Shown: positions 51,545 to 64,000 of the stretch, piece after piece
How positions within the stretch are numbered: the first letter of the stretch is position 1
Layout of the letters: each line of letters begins with the position of its first letter
Assembly: GCF_001194135.2 (NCBI RefSeq)
Contig: NC_068981.1
Coordinates: 140,111,403 to 140,175,402, forward strand
Direction of reading: 5' to 3'
DNA length: 64,000 bases
DNA from: Octopus bimaculoides
Lineage: Eukaryota
Translations under genes and position numbers: made by a program
The notes under the pieces: model-generated
The model's input: the letters and a program-made list of their open reading frames with translations, nothing else
What the model was told of the DNA's origin: nothing
Databases searched by the model: none

Positions 51545-51830
51545 CAATATCTATGGACCTCGGTTTCTGGTTTATTTCGCTTCCTCGCAACAGATTAACT
51601 GCTCGGCTAGAGATGGCGCTGCTAAACTCGTGTTCGAAAATATATACATTACTTACAAAGTGACAAACAGCCACTAATCTAATATATAGAAACATTATTA
51701 TTTCTAAATCTCTCACTTTGGGAATTATATATATTCTCGAACAGGTGTTTAGCAGCGCCATCACTAGCCGAGCAGTTACTCTGTGCCGAGAAGGGGAAAT
51801 AACCCAGCAACCGCTGTCCATAGATATCGC
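51545..51830. mobile_element. Fold-back / MITE-like element with ~100-bp imperfect inverted arms
   Basis: 51545-51646 (atatctatggac...taactgctcggctagagatggcgctgctaaac...gttcgaaaatatata) is the inverted copy of 51728-51830; ~80-bp AT-rich spacer; no coding capacity. Confidence 0.85.
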
Positions 51831-53351
51831 ATTGTGCTGAGTGAGGATGCTAAACTTCTCTCTTCGAAAATATAGGACACAGATAGTGTGTCGTATAGTC
51901 ACCTGCGCACTATGCTTCCTGGGGCTAAATAACAGTAACATTCGCCCCACCTAGGGCTGTCATATGATGTTGACATTACTTCAGAGTACTGTTACTGAAT
52001 GTCTCTCGTTGAGAGATTTAGAAATAATAATGTCTCTATTTATGTGTATGTATACATATATATATGCATGTATGTAAAAATATATATATATATATATANN
52101 NNNNNNNNNNNNNNNNNNNNNNNNNNNNNNNNNNNNNNNNNNNNNNNNNNNNNNNNNNNNNNNNNNNNNNNNNNNNNNNNNNNNNNNNNNNNNNNNNNNN
52201 NNNNNNNNNNNNNNNNNNNNNNNNNNNNNNNNNNNNNNNNNNNNNNNNNNNNNNNNNNNNNNNNNNNNNNNNNNNNNNNNNNNNNNNNNNNNNNNNNNNN
52301 NNNNNNNNNNNNNNNNNNNNNNNNNNNNNNNNNNNNNNNNNNNNNNNNNNNNNNNNNNNNNNNNNNNNNNNNNNNNNNNNNNNNNNNNNNNNNNNNNNNN
52401 NNNNNNNNNNNNNNNNNNNNNNNNNNNNNNNNNNNNNNNNNNNNNNNNNNNNNNNNNNNNNNNNNNNNNNNNNNNNNNNNNNNNNNNNNNNNNNNNNNNN
52501 NNNNNNNNNNNNNNNNNNNNNNNNNNNNNNNNNNNNNNNNNNNNNNNNNNNNNNNNNNNNNNNNNNNNNNNNNNNNNNNNNTTGATTTTTCTTGTTTTTC
52601 TTTTCCCCTATATTTTCCCTTCACTCTTTTCTTTTCCTTTATAAGACTTTAATAGTCACATTAGCTTTCCTAAGTATTAAACATGCCATTCTTTTGTGCA
52701 CCGGTTCCCTCGCATCGACGACGAAGCTTAATAATATCGGAATCTCCTATATCCAGATGATAACTTTGAGTATGTAGCGAGCGAAATGAAATGAAACCCT
52801 TATCTCTCTAATGTAATTGGCTTGCTTAGCACACCATCGTATATTTACCCCTTCCATTCTCCACTCCCTTTTCTTTATTCTTAAAATGTACACTTCTCAC
52901 CTTGCTCATTTTTAAAATATATTTTGCATTATTTATTACAGCAGATAAATTTCAACCGAATGGCTTCACAATAAAGGACACCGTATAGTTAAGAAATATT
53001 CATACCTTACAACAGAAGATACCGGATAGTTGTGAAACTTTTATAATATTACGTAATAGACATCCAGTACCTCTTTGAAACAGCTGTAATACACGCCTAC
53101 TTCTTCCCATCTTTTTTATTTACAGACTTGGTTATCGCATAATAAGCAGCATTTGTTGCATTCGAACTGGAATTGCAAAGCATACATCCTATAGGAACTT
53201 TCTGCTTCTTGTCGTTATGGGACATGCATAGATTAATAAAAATCATCCATCTATCCTCGAGTTATTTATATTTTATATACAAGCCTTGTTTATACTAAAA
53301 ACTGAGAAACTGCTCTTATATAGATCACTTGACTGATCCTACTACATAATT

Positions 53352-53398
<47 letters not shown>

Positions 53399-53799
53399 CC
53401 ATACACACCTACACACGCATATGTATAAAGCTTAATTATACATCCCTGAAAATTTACGTCAACTGAATCGAGACAGAGCTTTTTCTTTGTATCAACAACA
53501 ATAGTAACAATGATCCAAATTTTACAAGTACTCAGACTGGTTTCTTTTTTCGATTTGTGGATACCCGATCAAATAATTACACAAACATGGCCCATATAAA
53601 CATTTATATGCACAAAAATAGACACCTGCATATATGCAAACACACACATTCGTATATATTATAAATATATGTGTGTATGTATATTTATATTATATTTATG
53701 AATTTTTTATATATAANNNNNNNNNNNNNNNNNNNNNNNNNNNNNNNNNNNNNNNNNNNNNNNNNNNNNNNNNNNNNNNNNNNNNNNNNNNNNNNNNNN

Positions 53800-53837
<38 letters not shown>

Positions 53838-54553
53838 GATACATATGTATATATACATATACATATATTCTCATGCGTGTGTATAAATATATTTATATAT
53901 GCGTGCGCTAATATACTTTATATGCAAATACATTTTAAACCATCAAATTCCCTTAAAAGACAACACTGAGAGAAATAATTACAGTATTGATAAACTATAT
54001 TTGGAATATTGGCAAGAAATGCGACATTTATTTCGTCATTATCTCCATTAACTTAGCGGTTGGAAATGGAAAAAGAAAAAAAGCAACATTGAAATTATTA
54101 CGAGCAAGAATCTAGTATTTTCCTGTGTCATGGCTATTCTTATCTCTGTAATAATATACCCAATCTTACTTTTATTTAGAACAGGCATTGTATCCGCACT
54201 GCTATTAAAATCATTGTGATTACAACATGGATTCTAAATCTGAATAGTAATTTAAGACATTTAGAAATGTTAAATAAAGAGTAATCTTTGAATGTGAGAT
54301 TCTTTGATAACTATTCTAATTTAGGCTATGAATAAGCAGTAATGCTGCCTTTTTATGGTCATTAATTTTAAATACAGATAATAATTCGGTTAAGTATCGA
54401 TGTTATGTGGAATAAGTAACTACTGCAATAGCGAACGTTGCAAAATTAAAACAGCGATCTCTTATAGTTACATTGATTGTGTTTCGTTGCATACTTACCA
54501 AAAATTTAAATTCCTTTACCTCAAATTTCACTCTGAAAATACCGATCGATATC

Positions 54554-54585
<32 letters not shown>

Positions 54586-54671
54586 AAGAATAAATATATG
54601 TATGCATATACATACATGTATATATGTGTGTGTGTGTGTGTGTGTGTATACGTTATTTATATCGTCTTTAA

Positions 54672-54868
54672 GGCGGTTAATTGGCAGAATCGTTAGCATG
54701 CCGGGCAAAATTCGTAGCTGTATTTCGTCTACATTCTGAGTTCAATTTCCGCCGAGGTCAACTTTGCCTTTGATCATTTCGGGATCGATTAAATAAATAC
54801 CAGTTACGCTCTGGGGTCGATCTGATCGAGGTACCCCCTACCGCAAATTCCTGGTATTGTGGCTATAA
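54672..54868 (+). mobile_element. tRNA-type SINE copy
   Basis: ggcggttaattggcagaatcgttagcatgccggg...ttctgagttcaatttccgccgaggtcaactttgccttt...taccagttacgctctggggtcgat. Confidence 0.88.
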
Positions 54869-55108
54869 TACAAAGTGTTATTTATATCGTCATTTATGGC
54901 GGAAATCCAAATAGATAGAACAAGCTATAATTAATAGCTTGCAGAACATTGCTTTAAAACCGAAGGACCCGCATGGGGGAAAAGTATCGAAGAGTGCAGT
55001 TGAAGGCGGTCTTTGAGTAGACATCAATATTTTTCCATCCAAGTAGTTTTGTAACCTAATATTTTACCCTCTTTTAATTGTAGTTTCCAATTCTTTTGAC
55101 GTAAACAG

Positions 55109-55154
<46 letters not shown>

Positions 55155-57272
55155 CGCACGTATGTATGTATGTATGTATCTATCTTCCTTTTCATCTATC
55201 TATCCGTATACAATGTACACACACATACACACACACAAACATATATATACGAATACCTGTACGAATATATGTGTTTAATTATATATGTGTATATTATATA
55301 TATATGTATATATNNNNNNNNNNATATATACATACATACACAGACATACATATGCATCTATATATCTCTCTCTCCCTCTGTCTGTCATCTATCCAGATAT
55401 TTTTTGATCTGAAGAAATTAATTCTCTCTGTCTGCTGATATGAGCTTTAGTCAGTATTATGTCCAGATTGGGAATGCCAGATAAAAGGATTATCTTTTAA
55501 TTAATCAATATCCACCATGGAACTTAGATGTTCGACAACTATATCGTCTATAAGTACTCTTAGAAATGTAGAAATGATTAGATATGATTAACATTTATTC
55601 AGCCTCATGGATAATGATTACTGTGTCGAATTACTTATGACTGGTCAAAGTTTAGCAGACAATCCGTTCGACTATCTCTGGTTCAATCTGTCCGGATATA
55701 AACTGTTATATTGAAATGTACATATCTAAAAATTGCGGAGTTAAACATTTCATTAATGACTGCTGACTATATACATGTATGTATTAAAGCAGTGCTCATC
55801 TTCGTTAGATCACATACACACAATTACCTTAAGCAATCTAAGTTCTTATTGTTCATGCAGTCGAAATTTACTTTTAAATATTTTTGTAACTGCTTCAAGT
55901 CATGTTTAGTACACAGAGGCTTAGTTAAGCAAGTAAGAGGCAATTCCTTTAAAATAATATTGAAATCTACATGCACTGAAAATTAGCCAACAATGAAATA
56001 ATTTCGTGAAAGCAGTTCCTTGAACTCATTCTGCAACTGCGAATCCTGTCGATTATTTTTAGTGTGTTTTATTTTTTAATATGCATGAATATCTCTAGTT
56101 ACACAATACAGATATAGTTTGATATTCGAAAAAGATTAATTATAGTTTTGAGATTGTAAAGTTTACTTGGTAACTCAGGATATGATATTATCATAAATCA
56201 AATTGTGTACTTAGGTCAGACTTCATGACACAGTCTGTGGATTTTATACGTGTGATAATGAAATATAGTGCCAGTTCCTTACAGTTCCTACGATACAATA
56301 GTGTTCAAACACATTATTTTTGAAACTTCCCTCATCAATAGTTTTCGATATGCATCTATATCGTTTGGATTTATATCACATTCTGTTTTAATAGATTATT
56401 TAATGTTTGCTATGGTATGCATATTGAAACAATTCATGGCACAAACACTGTTAATTAGCCCCTACATAAATTATTCTTACCACCGTTAAACCACTATAAT
56501 TGAACATCAAATATAACTATATGATTCAAATAAGTATGGAATATGTTATACATAAGATACAGTATATAAGGAAATGTAAAGTATGTTCAGTATGTCAGCT
56601 GAACCGAACAAATACGCATGTAATGACTTCAATGAAAACAATATATGTCATCGACAGAAAATACCGGTTATCTTAAACTATGAAGCTCAAAAGATTTGAG
56701 ATATAAACGTCCACTATATGCGTTTAGAATCAACTTCATTACCTTCATGGGTGTTAACTGATTTATTTTACATTTTTTACATTAGTACATTGTGTTAGAC
56801 AGAATTAATAATAAAAGTAGCGTTTTCAAATACATTTCTTTAGTGAAGATGACTTTCGATCAAAGGGATGATTAAAAGACCAAAAATGCACAATGAACGG
56901 GCAGTTATGCGTGGAAATTTATTTAAATAACATATGTTCTTAACATACTATCTTTCACTGGGTATATTTAGAAAGTAATTGAACAATGTTTACTGAGATG
57001 AAAGATAAACTAAAAACGTTAAAGAAGAAATAAAATATACTTGAATATATAAACCTGAGAGGCGGATCGCTTGATGAAATGATAAGAGATAAAAACACAT
57101 CTTAGATACGGCATGATCTCTGAGACATAAAGAGAGGTTGAAAATTATAGAAAGAAAACGGGCGTTTTTAGCACTTGGATATTTTTATCTTTTTTATTCC
57201 CGCCTATATTTTGTTGCTAGGCGCTAAAATTGGCACATACAAGTACACACATAATATACAAATAGACACACG

Positions 57273-57310
<38 letters not shown>

Positions 57311-60300
57311 CATGCACGCACACACGCATGCACGCACACAGGCATGCACGCACAGACACTTGGACGCATACACGCATGCACGCACGCACATACAAACCTG
57401 CACACATACAGATATATATATATGTTATGTATGCATATGTACACATATATCATTGTATATAGATAAAAATGAACGTAAAGAATATATTAATACGTATTGG
57501 CATATATATATATATTTCGACGTGCGTGCATACATAAATGCTAAATAGATGTATAGCCATTGTTTCCATCATTACCGTTGTGCAACCGTCATATATTTCT
57601 CCGTATGAAAACTATACAACATACTAGGGCTTAAATACAATTTAAAAACAATTGAAAACCATAATTTGAAAATAAAACAGCTTTTATAGCTCCTTTAATG
57701 CAGTGATAATATAAAATATAACAATTCGTTTTTACGAGAGATTGAATAAAACCCAAAGCACTTTTGATTTAAAATTTATCAACAGTAAAATTTGGAGATC
57801 GTTTAGAAATATAATGTTTTTTGCAATAGGTATTAATACGTGTTTGTACAGGGAAGTTGTCATTCAATTAAGAACCTATGAACATGTTGTTGGATAAAAA
57901 AGTCTGTAAGTATACGTCGATCAACTTTTGAGAGATATAATTGTGTTCTCTGAACATAGAAAACACTGTAGGCGTGCTTTAACTATAGAAAGCTGTTCGT
58001 TGATTTTCCTTCCACCTACCGCACAAGTTACTGTTTTGAGAAACGCTGCGTACCTGGTTATCGTTCACTTCCGAGAAAGGAAACAGGCAATTTCTGCAAA
58101 GAGACGGTGCGTCTATGTTTGGGTTTGTTACAAAATCCAGAGCGAGTAACACCAGAGTAATCTATAATGGCCAATGTAAGCATTAACATTTGCATACATT
58201 TACAGTTGTCAGAAAAAAAATGGAATATACAAACAACTGTTTTACTTGTTATAAGGATCGGACCTTGCCAGAACAGGTCTTCATATTTATTTGCTGAACA
58301 CAGAAAACTGCTTCCCTTAATGTTATCCCTACTTCCACAGTGAAACTTAGTGAAAGTTAAAAAGTGCTAGGTATTGACAAAATTATGTTTCCCAGCAAAT
58401 CTGCGGACGAAGAGATGCTAGGCACAGAATATTATGAAGATTTTAAAAATTAGTGGTCGGCATTTTCATCTTACAAATGTCAATTTTCTGCAATACAGTT
58501 GCAGTAGCAGTAAGAGTACCTATGAGCTCTGTCAGCATTCTGCAGACGAGAAATTCCACGTATTTATTATGAAACAACATTTCTGGCGTCCACTCGAATG
58601 TTCTACGAAAGTAAATGTACTGATAAGTTCTTTCAAGGAAGAAAAGATGCGGAAATTGGCTTAAATTCAGTTTAGAAGAGCATTTAATTGTCTTATATTT
58701 TAATGTATCCACTCAGGCAGCATCGACAAATCAACTGTAATTCAAAATAGGTTGCTGTAACCGTTCATTGGGTCCCTGTGTTTTCGCTTCCTGAATATGA
58801 TAAAACTTACTGTCGTCGTTTGGTGGTAATGAAATAATATACCGACTTCTGTTTTTCTTATTGTACATATTAACACACATACACGAAAAACAACACCCAC
58901 CATGATACCTGTGTGTCTTTGTATTCTTTGTATTTATACGTGCATATATGAGTGTGAGCGTTCGTGTACTTGGTCATGTTCTGTTATATGTTTGCGGTTA
59001 TTCTGTGGCCTTTTATTCTCCCGTCTGTACTCTTACTTCCCTAGGTAAAATTATATTAATTATCTAAAAGCAAGTCTTCTAATGCATTCATGCGATAAAG
59101 CATATTTGAAAAGAAGTTTAAAAAAGGTGTAGTGCTGATGCATTGAACTTCCTCTTTACGTAAATACATTGCCACTTTCAATCTATTTACAACACCTGAT
59201 CCAGTCTTGATTACATGTTGCTAAAATTGTATTCATATTTCTTTATCGTTAATTACTAATGTTTCTCAAAACACAACAATTTCGAATTTATTTTTATATT
59301 TATTCTAACTTGTGTGTTATTTGAATCATATTTTATTTTGTATGCTGCGGTTGTTAGCTATAATTTATAAATGTCAAACATTGACCCCCAAAATATGATA
59401 TTTGAGGAAACGCACGTGAAAATATCGACCCATTTTTAGAAATAAAGTTTCTATTCAACCTTTGACATATATCATTTTTATATTGTGTTTAAGTTTCAAT
59501 TATTCAAGTTAAAAGAGATTTTTTTTCTATTTTAGCAATGGCGGTGTTTCTTTTATGAATGCAATATTTGTCACGTTCTTTTTGTTTCTATTTTTTAGAT
59601 ATTCATGGACTGATAAAAACAAATGAAGGGAGGAGAATTGCATTAAATATTTTTGAATGTTTAATGATGATTAAATGATACAAATATACACTATGTTCTC
59701 AGATCATATCTGGCCAATTTTTGAAATATTTTCTTCGAATTTTATGCGCTTTCAAAATGAATTTTATGTTGTAACGAATTCTCAAACTGGGCGCAAAGTT
59801 TGATAACCAGATGCATCAAAGCAGAAGATGATTCTGGAATTTTGTGTAACAAGATTGTTGGAAAGGAATTCATTCTGTTCAGATTTTATAGTAAGAAAAC
59901 TAAAATGAACAGAAATCGCTATGCTTGGAATATACTCAAAGTTGTTGATTATTTCAGAGCTAAATGGTAAAATAGTTGTTCACCAGGACATTGGCTCAAA
60001 CAACAACAGTTACCTGGGACACAGAGAAAAATTTCAGAATGTGTGAAGGCACATGTGAACACGCTGCACCAGTCATGCAGGTCGTATTTTAATAGATTTC
60101 ATTTAATTGATTTTGTGGATACGGATTGTTAAAAGGTTCTGAAACAACGTGTCGCTACCTACAAACACCTATAGTTTATAATCTGAGTGTTCAACAAAGA
60201 TGGGTATCTAGAAAAAAATACTCAGATACTGATAAAGTGAACAAAAATGACCAGCATGTGCAAAATGCAACATTTGAGGTAAAAACTAAACAAGTCACCA

Positions 60301-60674
60301 GGCAAATTAAGTTAAAGTAAATGGAAATTAAATTAATCTCAGAGCAATTTATATCGTTTCACTAAATATATATTGTCATCAGACTACACATCTAATGCTT
60401 TTGATTAAAGAATAATTGTATCTTATTTGTGTTTGAAAAACCTTTTTGATTAAGTGTCGAACATCTTCCATGAGTTTTGAAGGACCTGTTTTCTATAGTA
60501 CGAAGCTGTGTTACTCTAGTTCTATATACACTTGTTTCCTCGAAAACATTCATTCCTCCTATTCAGTTACTATTGAGAAATAGTCTATAATAATTTACAC
60601 TTGTATTCTTGAGTTTTAATTGACTCGAAAATAAAAACCAACATATTCTAATCTCTCATTTTTTGCTTAGTCAC

Positions 60675-60914
60675 GGGCAAATTTATTTCTTTATTGCCTA
60701 CAGGGGTCTAAACATAAAAGGGACAAAGAAGGTCAGACAAAGGGATTAAGTAGATCTCATCGATCCCAGTGCGTAACTGGTACTTGTTTAATCGACCCCG
60801 AAATTATGAAAGGCAGTGTCGACCTCGGTTGAATTTGAACTCAAAACGTAACGGTAGACGAAATACCGCTAAGCATTTCACCAGGTGTGTTAACGTTTGT
60901 GCCAGCTCGCTGCC
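60675..60914 (-). mobile_element. tRNA-type SINE copy
   Basis: atcgatcccagtgcgtaactggtact...aatcgaccccgaa...atgaaaggca...gtcgacctcgg..gaatttgaactca..acgtaacg..agacgaaataccgctaagcatttc...gccagctcgc. Confidence 0.9.
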
Positions 60915-63249
60915 TTGTCACGCGCAAATTTGCGATATAAATGTGGTACATGATAATTGCTTAACGTCATATGAAGCAACACTAAATACTAACATATTTT
61001 AGACAGTATACACATGCGAGTTTCAAGAGTAAAAATCTTGTATGGTTTCCGCTTGCTTAGTTGAATGACAACTCGTGAAAATCAGTACTTTTAGCTTGAA
61101 GGAGTCTATCGGATTTTAAAGACTCGAATTCTTGTTCTATAAGTCAACACACTTCTGAATGTATCAAATTATGAAATGAATTCAGGTTTAAAGCAAATTA
61201 ATCTAAGTTTAAAGAATTCAAAGCAGGTATCTACAGTTTTTTCCTTCTACATATCTAATTTGTTTTCCCTGAGATTATTTTATTTTATTTCGAGGGTCCT
61301 TCAATTGTTTTAAGATTACTTTAGTTTACTTGGAATTTCTTCGTCATTTTGCTCACAACAACATCTCAAAGATTAAAATTCTCCTTGAGACCAGAAAAAC
61401 ATACCCTCCTGCTCAACTGTAATTTCAGGACCTCAACGAAACTGAAGTAACATCTACTTGGATGAATTATTATTCCCTTACCCGGTAAAATGTTGTCGAA
61501 AGAAATTCCAACATTGTACGGACATCCAGAATAAATTCTGAAAGATATACTCACAAAGACTCTTCAGTCTTTATCCCAGAGGAATGCCACTGAATTATTG
61601 GTTTAATATTGTGTTACAATTTCCATTCCTATGTACTGTGAGACCACATAATATTTCCAGCCAGAATGTTTTTCATTTCCTTTTACTACTAACTACGAAA
61701 TTACGCATCGTCTGAAATATACTATTCAAAATTACATACCTTGCCCTGAGTTTGTCATCAGTTCAAAGTACAAAGATTGAGAAAAGGAATGCATGTGTGG
61801 TGTAATGTATGCCCTACGTATGTGTCCAAGTAGTCATTTTACCACTGCAAAGTAGATAGGCCGACTGCAAAAATAATCATATATATGTGCTTATGCGTGT
61901 TGGTTTGTGTGTATTATTGATGCAGATGCATATGTGTACTAGTATAAGAGGCGATGCTTGTATATTAGAGTGTTTTTGTGCCTGTGGGAAACTAATGGTT
62001 AGTCTTTTATGTGTGATCTAATAACTTTATAAGGTGGTGTGAATGCATAGCATTAGATTTATGACGTTCAATTGTCTGCAATGTTTGTGCACAGTGTAAA
62101 GTGGATAGTTAGGTCGAATGTGCATTTCTGTTAACGTAAGGTGATATTATCTATTACATCAGATTTGTCTATACGAGTGTATGAGACACGCGTAAACGTA
62201 TACGAAGGTACTAGTTATGGATACGTCTTTCAATGATTGTTCGAGAGTGTGTTTGTGTATGGTCAGTCTATAACTATATTTATAGATATATAGTGCATGT
62301 GGTCTCTGAGATGCGTGTGAAATTTGTGGTGTGTTGTATGGGAATATGCAGTGTGTTTAGTTTGAATCCTCGTGTTTGTATCCATTCCTAAGAGCGTTCG
62401 AAACGGAAGATGAATAACTTTTGTGTTCATTGCGATTCCGAAAAATGAGCAATCAATGGAGTAAAATAACACTGGACACTAAGCTGTAGAAAAAAATATG
62501 CGTTGGTGAGTAGAAGTAACAAGTGTCAATTTATGTGGCATTCGTTAAGCGGTCACCTTGTTGACGGTCGGTGGTACAATCTATTAAAACTCATAAATAA
62601 ATAGATAGATGTATAGATAAATTAATACATACATACATACATACAAACAAATATATCCTATTGTTGACGTTGAAATTCTAATGGGTCTAGGTTAGAAAGC
62701 CGCTCTATCTTTATAATCAAGGTATCTTGAAATAAAACTGAACATACATGCATACAAACATATATACATACAAAGAGAGAAAGCATGTATATATGCATAC
62801 AGGCAAATATGCATCATACCTACGAAAAAAAAAACAGATACCCACACGCAAAAATAAAGATGCACACAAATATGAATTCGTATGTTTTCGAAATGCATCA
62901 TACTGCAAACTGGAAATATATTAGTGAAAACTAGTGAAAATTTAAACAACGATTAAGACGTTTAGCGTATATTTAATTATATCGACTTCTCAAAAGCCTT
63001 CCTTCGATAGAATACAGGGAGAATGAGATTAGTTCTAATTTAAAAAAAAGAGATCTGCAGGAATGAATGAAGCATTGAAATGTGCTCCGATTAGCGGAGT
63101 TACATACGGCAATTTGCGTCTCTTTTCTCCAGAAGGATTTAATTAATTAGGAAAGATAATCGATTGAATACTCAGATTTTGAGGTGTCGGAATAAGCTGC
63201 TCGCTACCTTTGATGATGACCAAAATTTACTACTTAAAATTCTCTCCAA

Positions 63250-63620
63250 ATGGCTTTTAACAGAAGAAATATCTCAATCAATGCATTCTTTAACATTGAC
63301 CTGCATATTCACAAATCCTCATATCAACATAGTAATGCAGATGCCTAGTTATATATTGTTGGCATGTGTAAGATGGTTCCCAAGCTTCATCAGAGAAGAT
63401 GTGAGTGCTCTGGCCGTAAAGTGAATCTCTCCATACATATAAGCTGGAGGTTTCCAGCGGTGATTTTATAATGAAATTAAGGGGGGCAGTATTAAAAGGC
63501 AACAACCGTCGCAGGATATGTTATCAACATCTGGGGCTGCATTACAGCTCATTCCACAAGCGGTACAAACTAAATTCCATCACTCTGGCCGAACTAGTGC
63601 CATTTTGAGGTAATTCTAGC
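63250..63620 (-). mobile_element. Decayed CR1/L2-type LINE RT N-terminal fragment
   Basis: AAPDVDNIS (cf. KAPGPDxI) followed by TAPLNFIIKSPLETSSLYVWRDS (cf. PLxxIFxxSLETGxLPxxWK); heavily frameshifted. Confidence 0.5.
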
Positions 63621-63881
63621 TCTATCAATGGGCATGAACTTAAACGATTTTTTGATAAATACGAATGAAAGTTGGTTCGGTAAGACCATATTTCAAAATT
63701 ATGCTTAATATTCATTTGTGTGAGACAATTGCATGCAAGTGGACTTATTGAAGACACAAATGACATAGTACATATATTCTTGCATACATGTATATTTAAG
63801 CATATGTTTGCGTATATATGTATGTATGTATGCATATTTATATATGCACATATATATGTGCATATACACACATGTATATTC

Positions 63882-63936
<55 letters not shown>

Positions 63937-64000
63937 TATATATATACATATACATACATATATATATGTATGTGTGCATATGTTTGTGTGTGTCTGTGCT

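Noticed and set aside
60350-60390. Minus-strand CTGATGA...GAAAC spacing
   Set aside because: Stem II is poorly paired and the sequence after the putative cleavage site is not complementary to the upstream strand.
62978-63001. Isolated YIDFSKAF reverse-transcriptase motif on the plus strand
   Set aside because: Only eight residues with no extendable flanking homology; possibly a tiny LINE shard.

Overview
AT-rich eukaryotic DNA with many microsatellites and about 14 assembly N-gaps. I could not recognise any intact host protein-coding gene, rRNA, functional tRNA or CRISPR array. The dispersed ~200-bp tRNA-type SINE and the repeat landscape resemble a coleoid cephalopod (octopus-like) genome; this is inference, not a database result. 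The window is a graveyard of decayed mobile elements: (i) several Penelope-like retroelement (PLE) remnants of two lineages, two of them bracketed by inverted pseudo-LTR copies; (ii) R4/Dong-type and CR1/L2-type LINE fragments; (iii) a mariner remnant; (iv) Helitron remnants; (v) a ~2.4-kb decayed Academ-like DNA transposon (transposase plus XPG/PIN-like nuclease); (vi) about seven SINE copies and several fold-back hairpins. The best finding is a type I hammerhead-ribozyme fold on the minus strand (35576-35649), downstream of a PLE ORF end, with both core motifs present and a near-palindromic minimal stem III. Most long ORFs in the supplied track are artefacts of N-runs and microsatellites. 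All translations and alignments were done by eye and coordinates of decayed elements are approximate.
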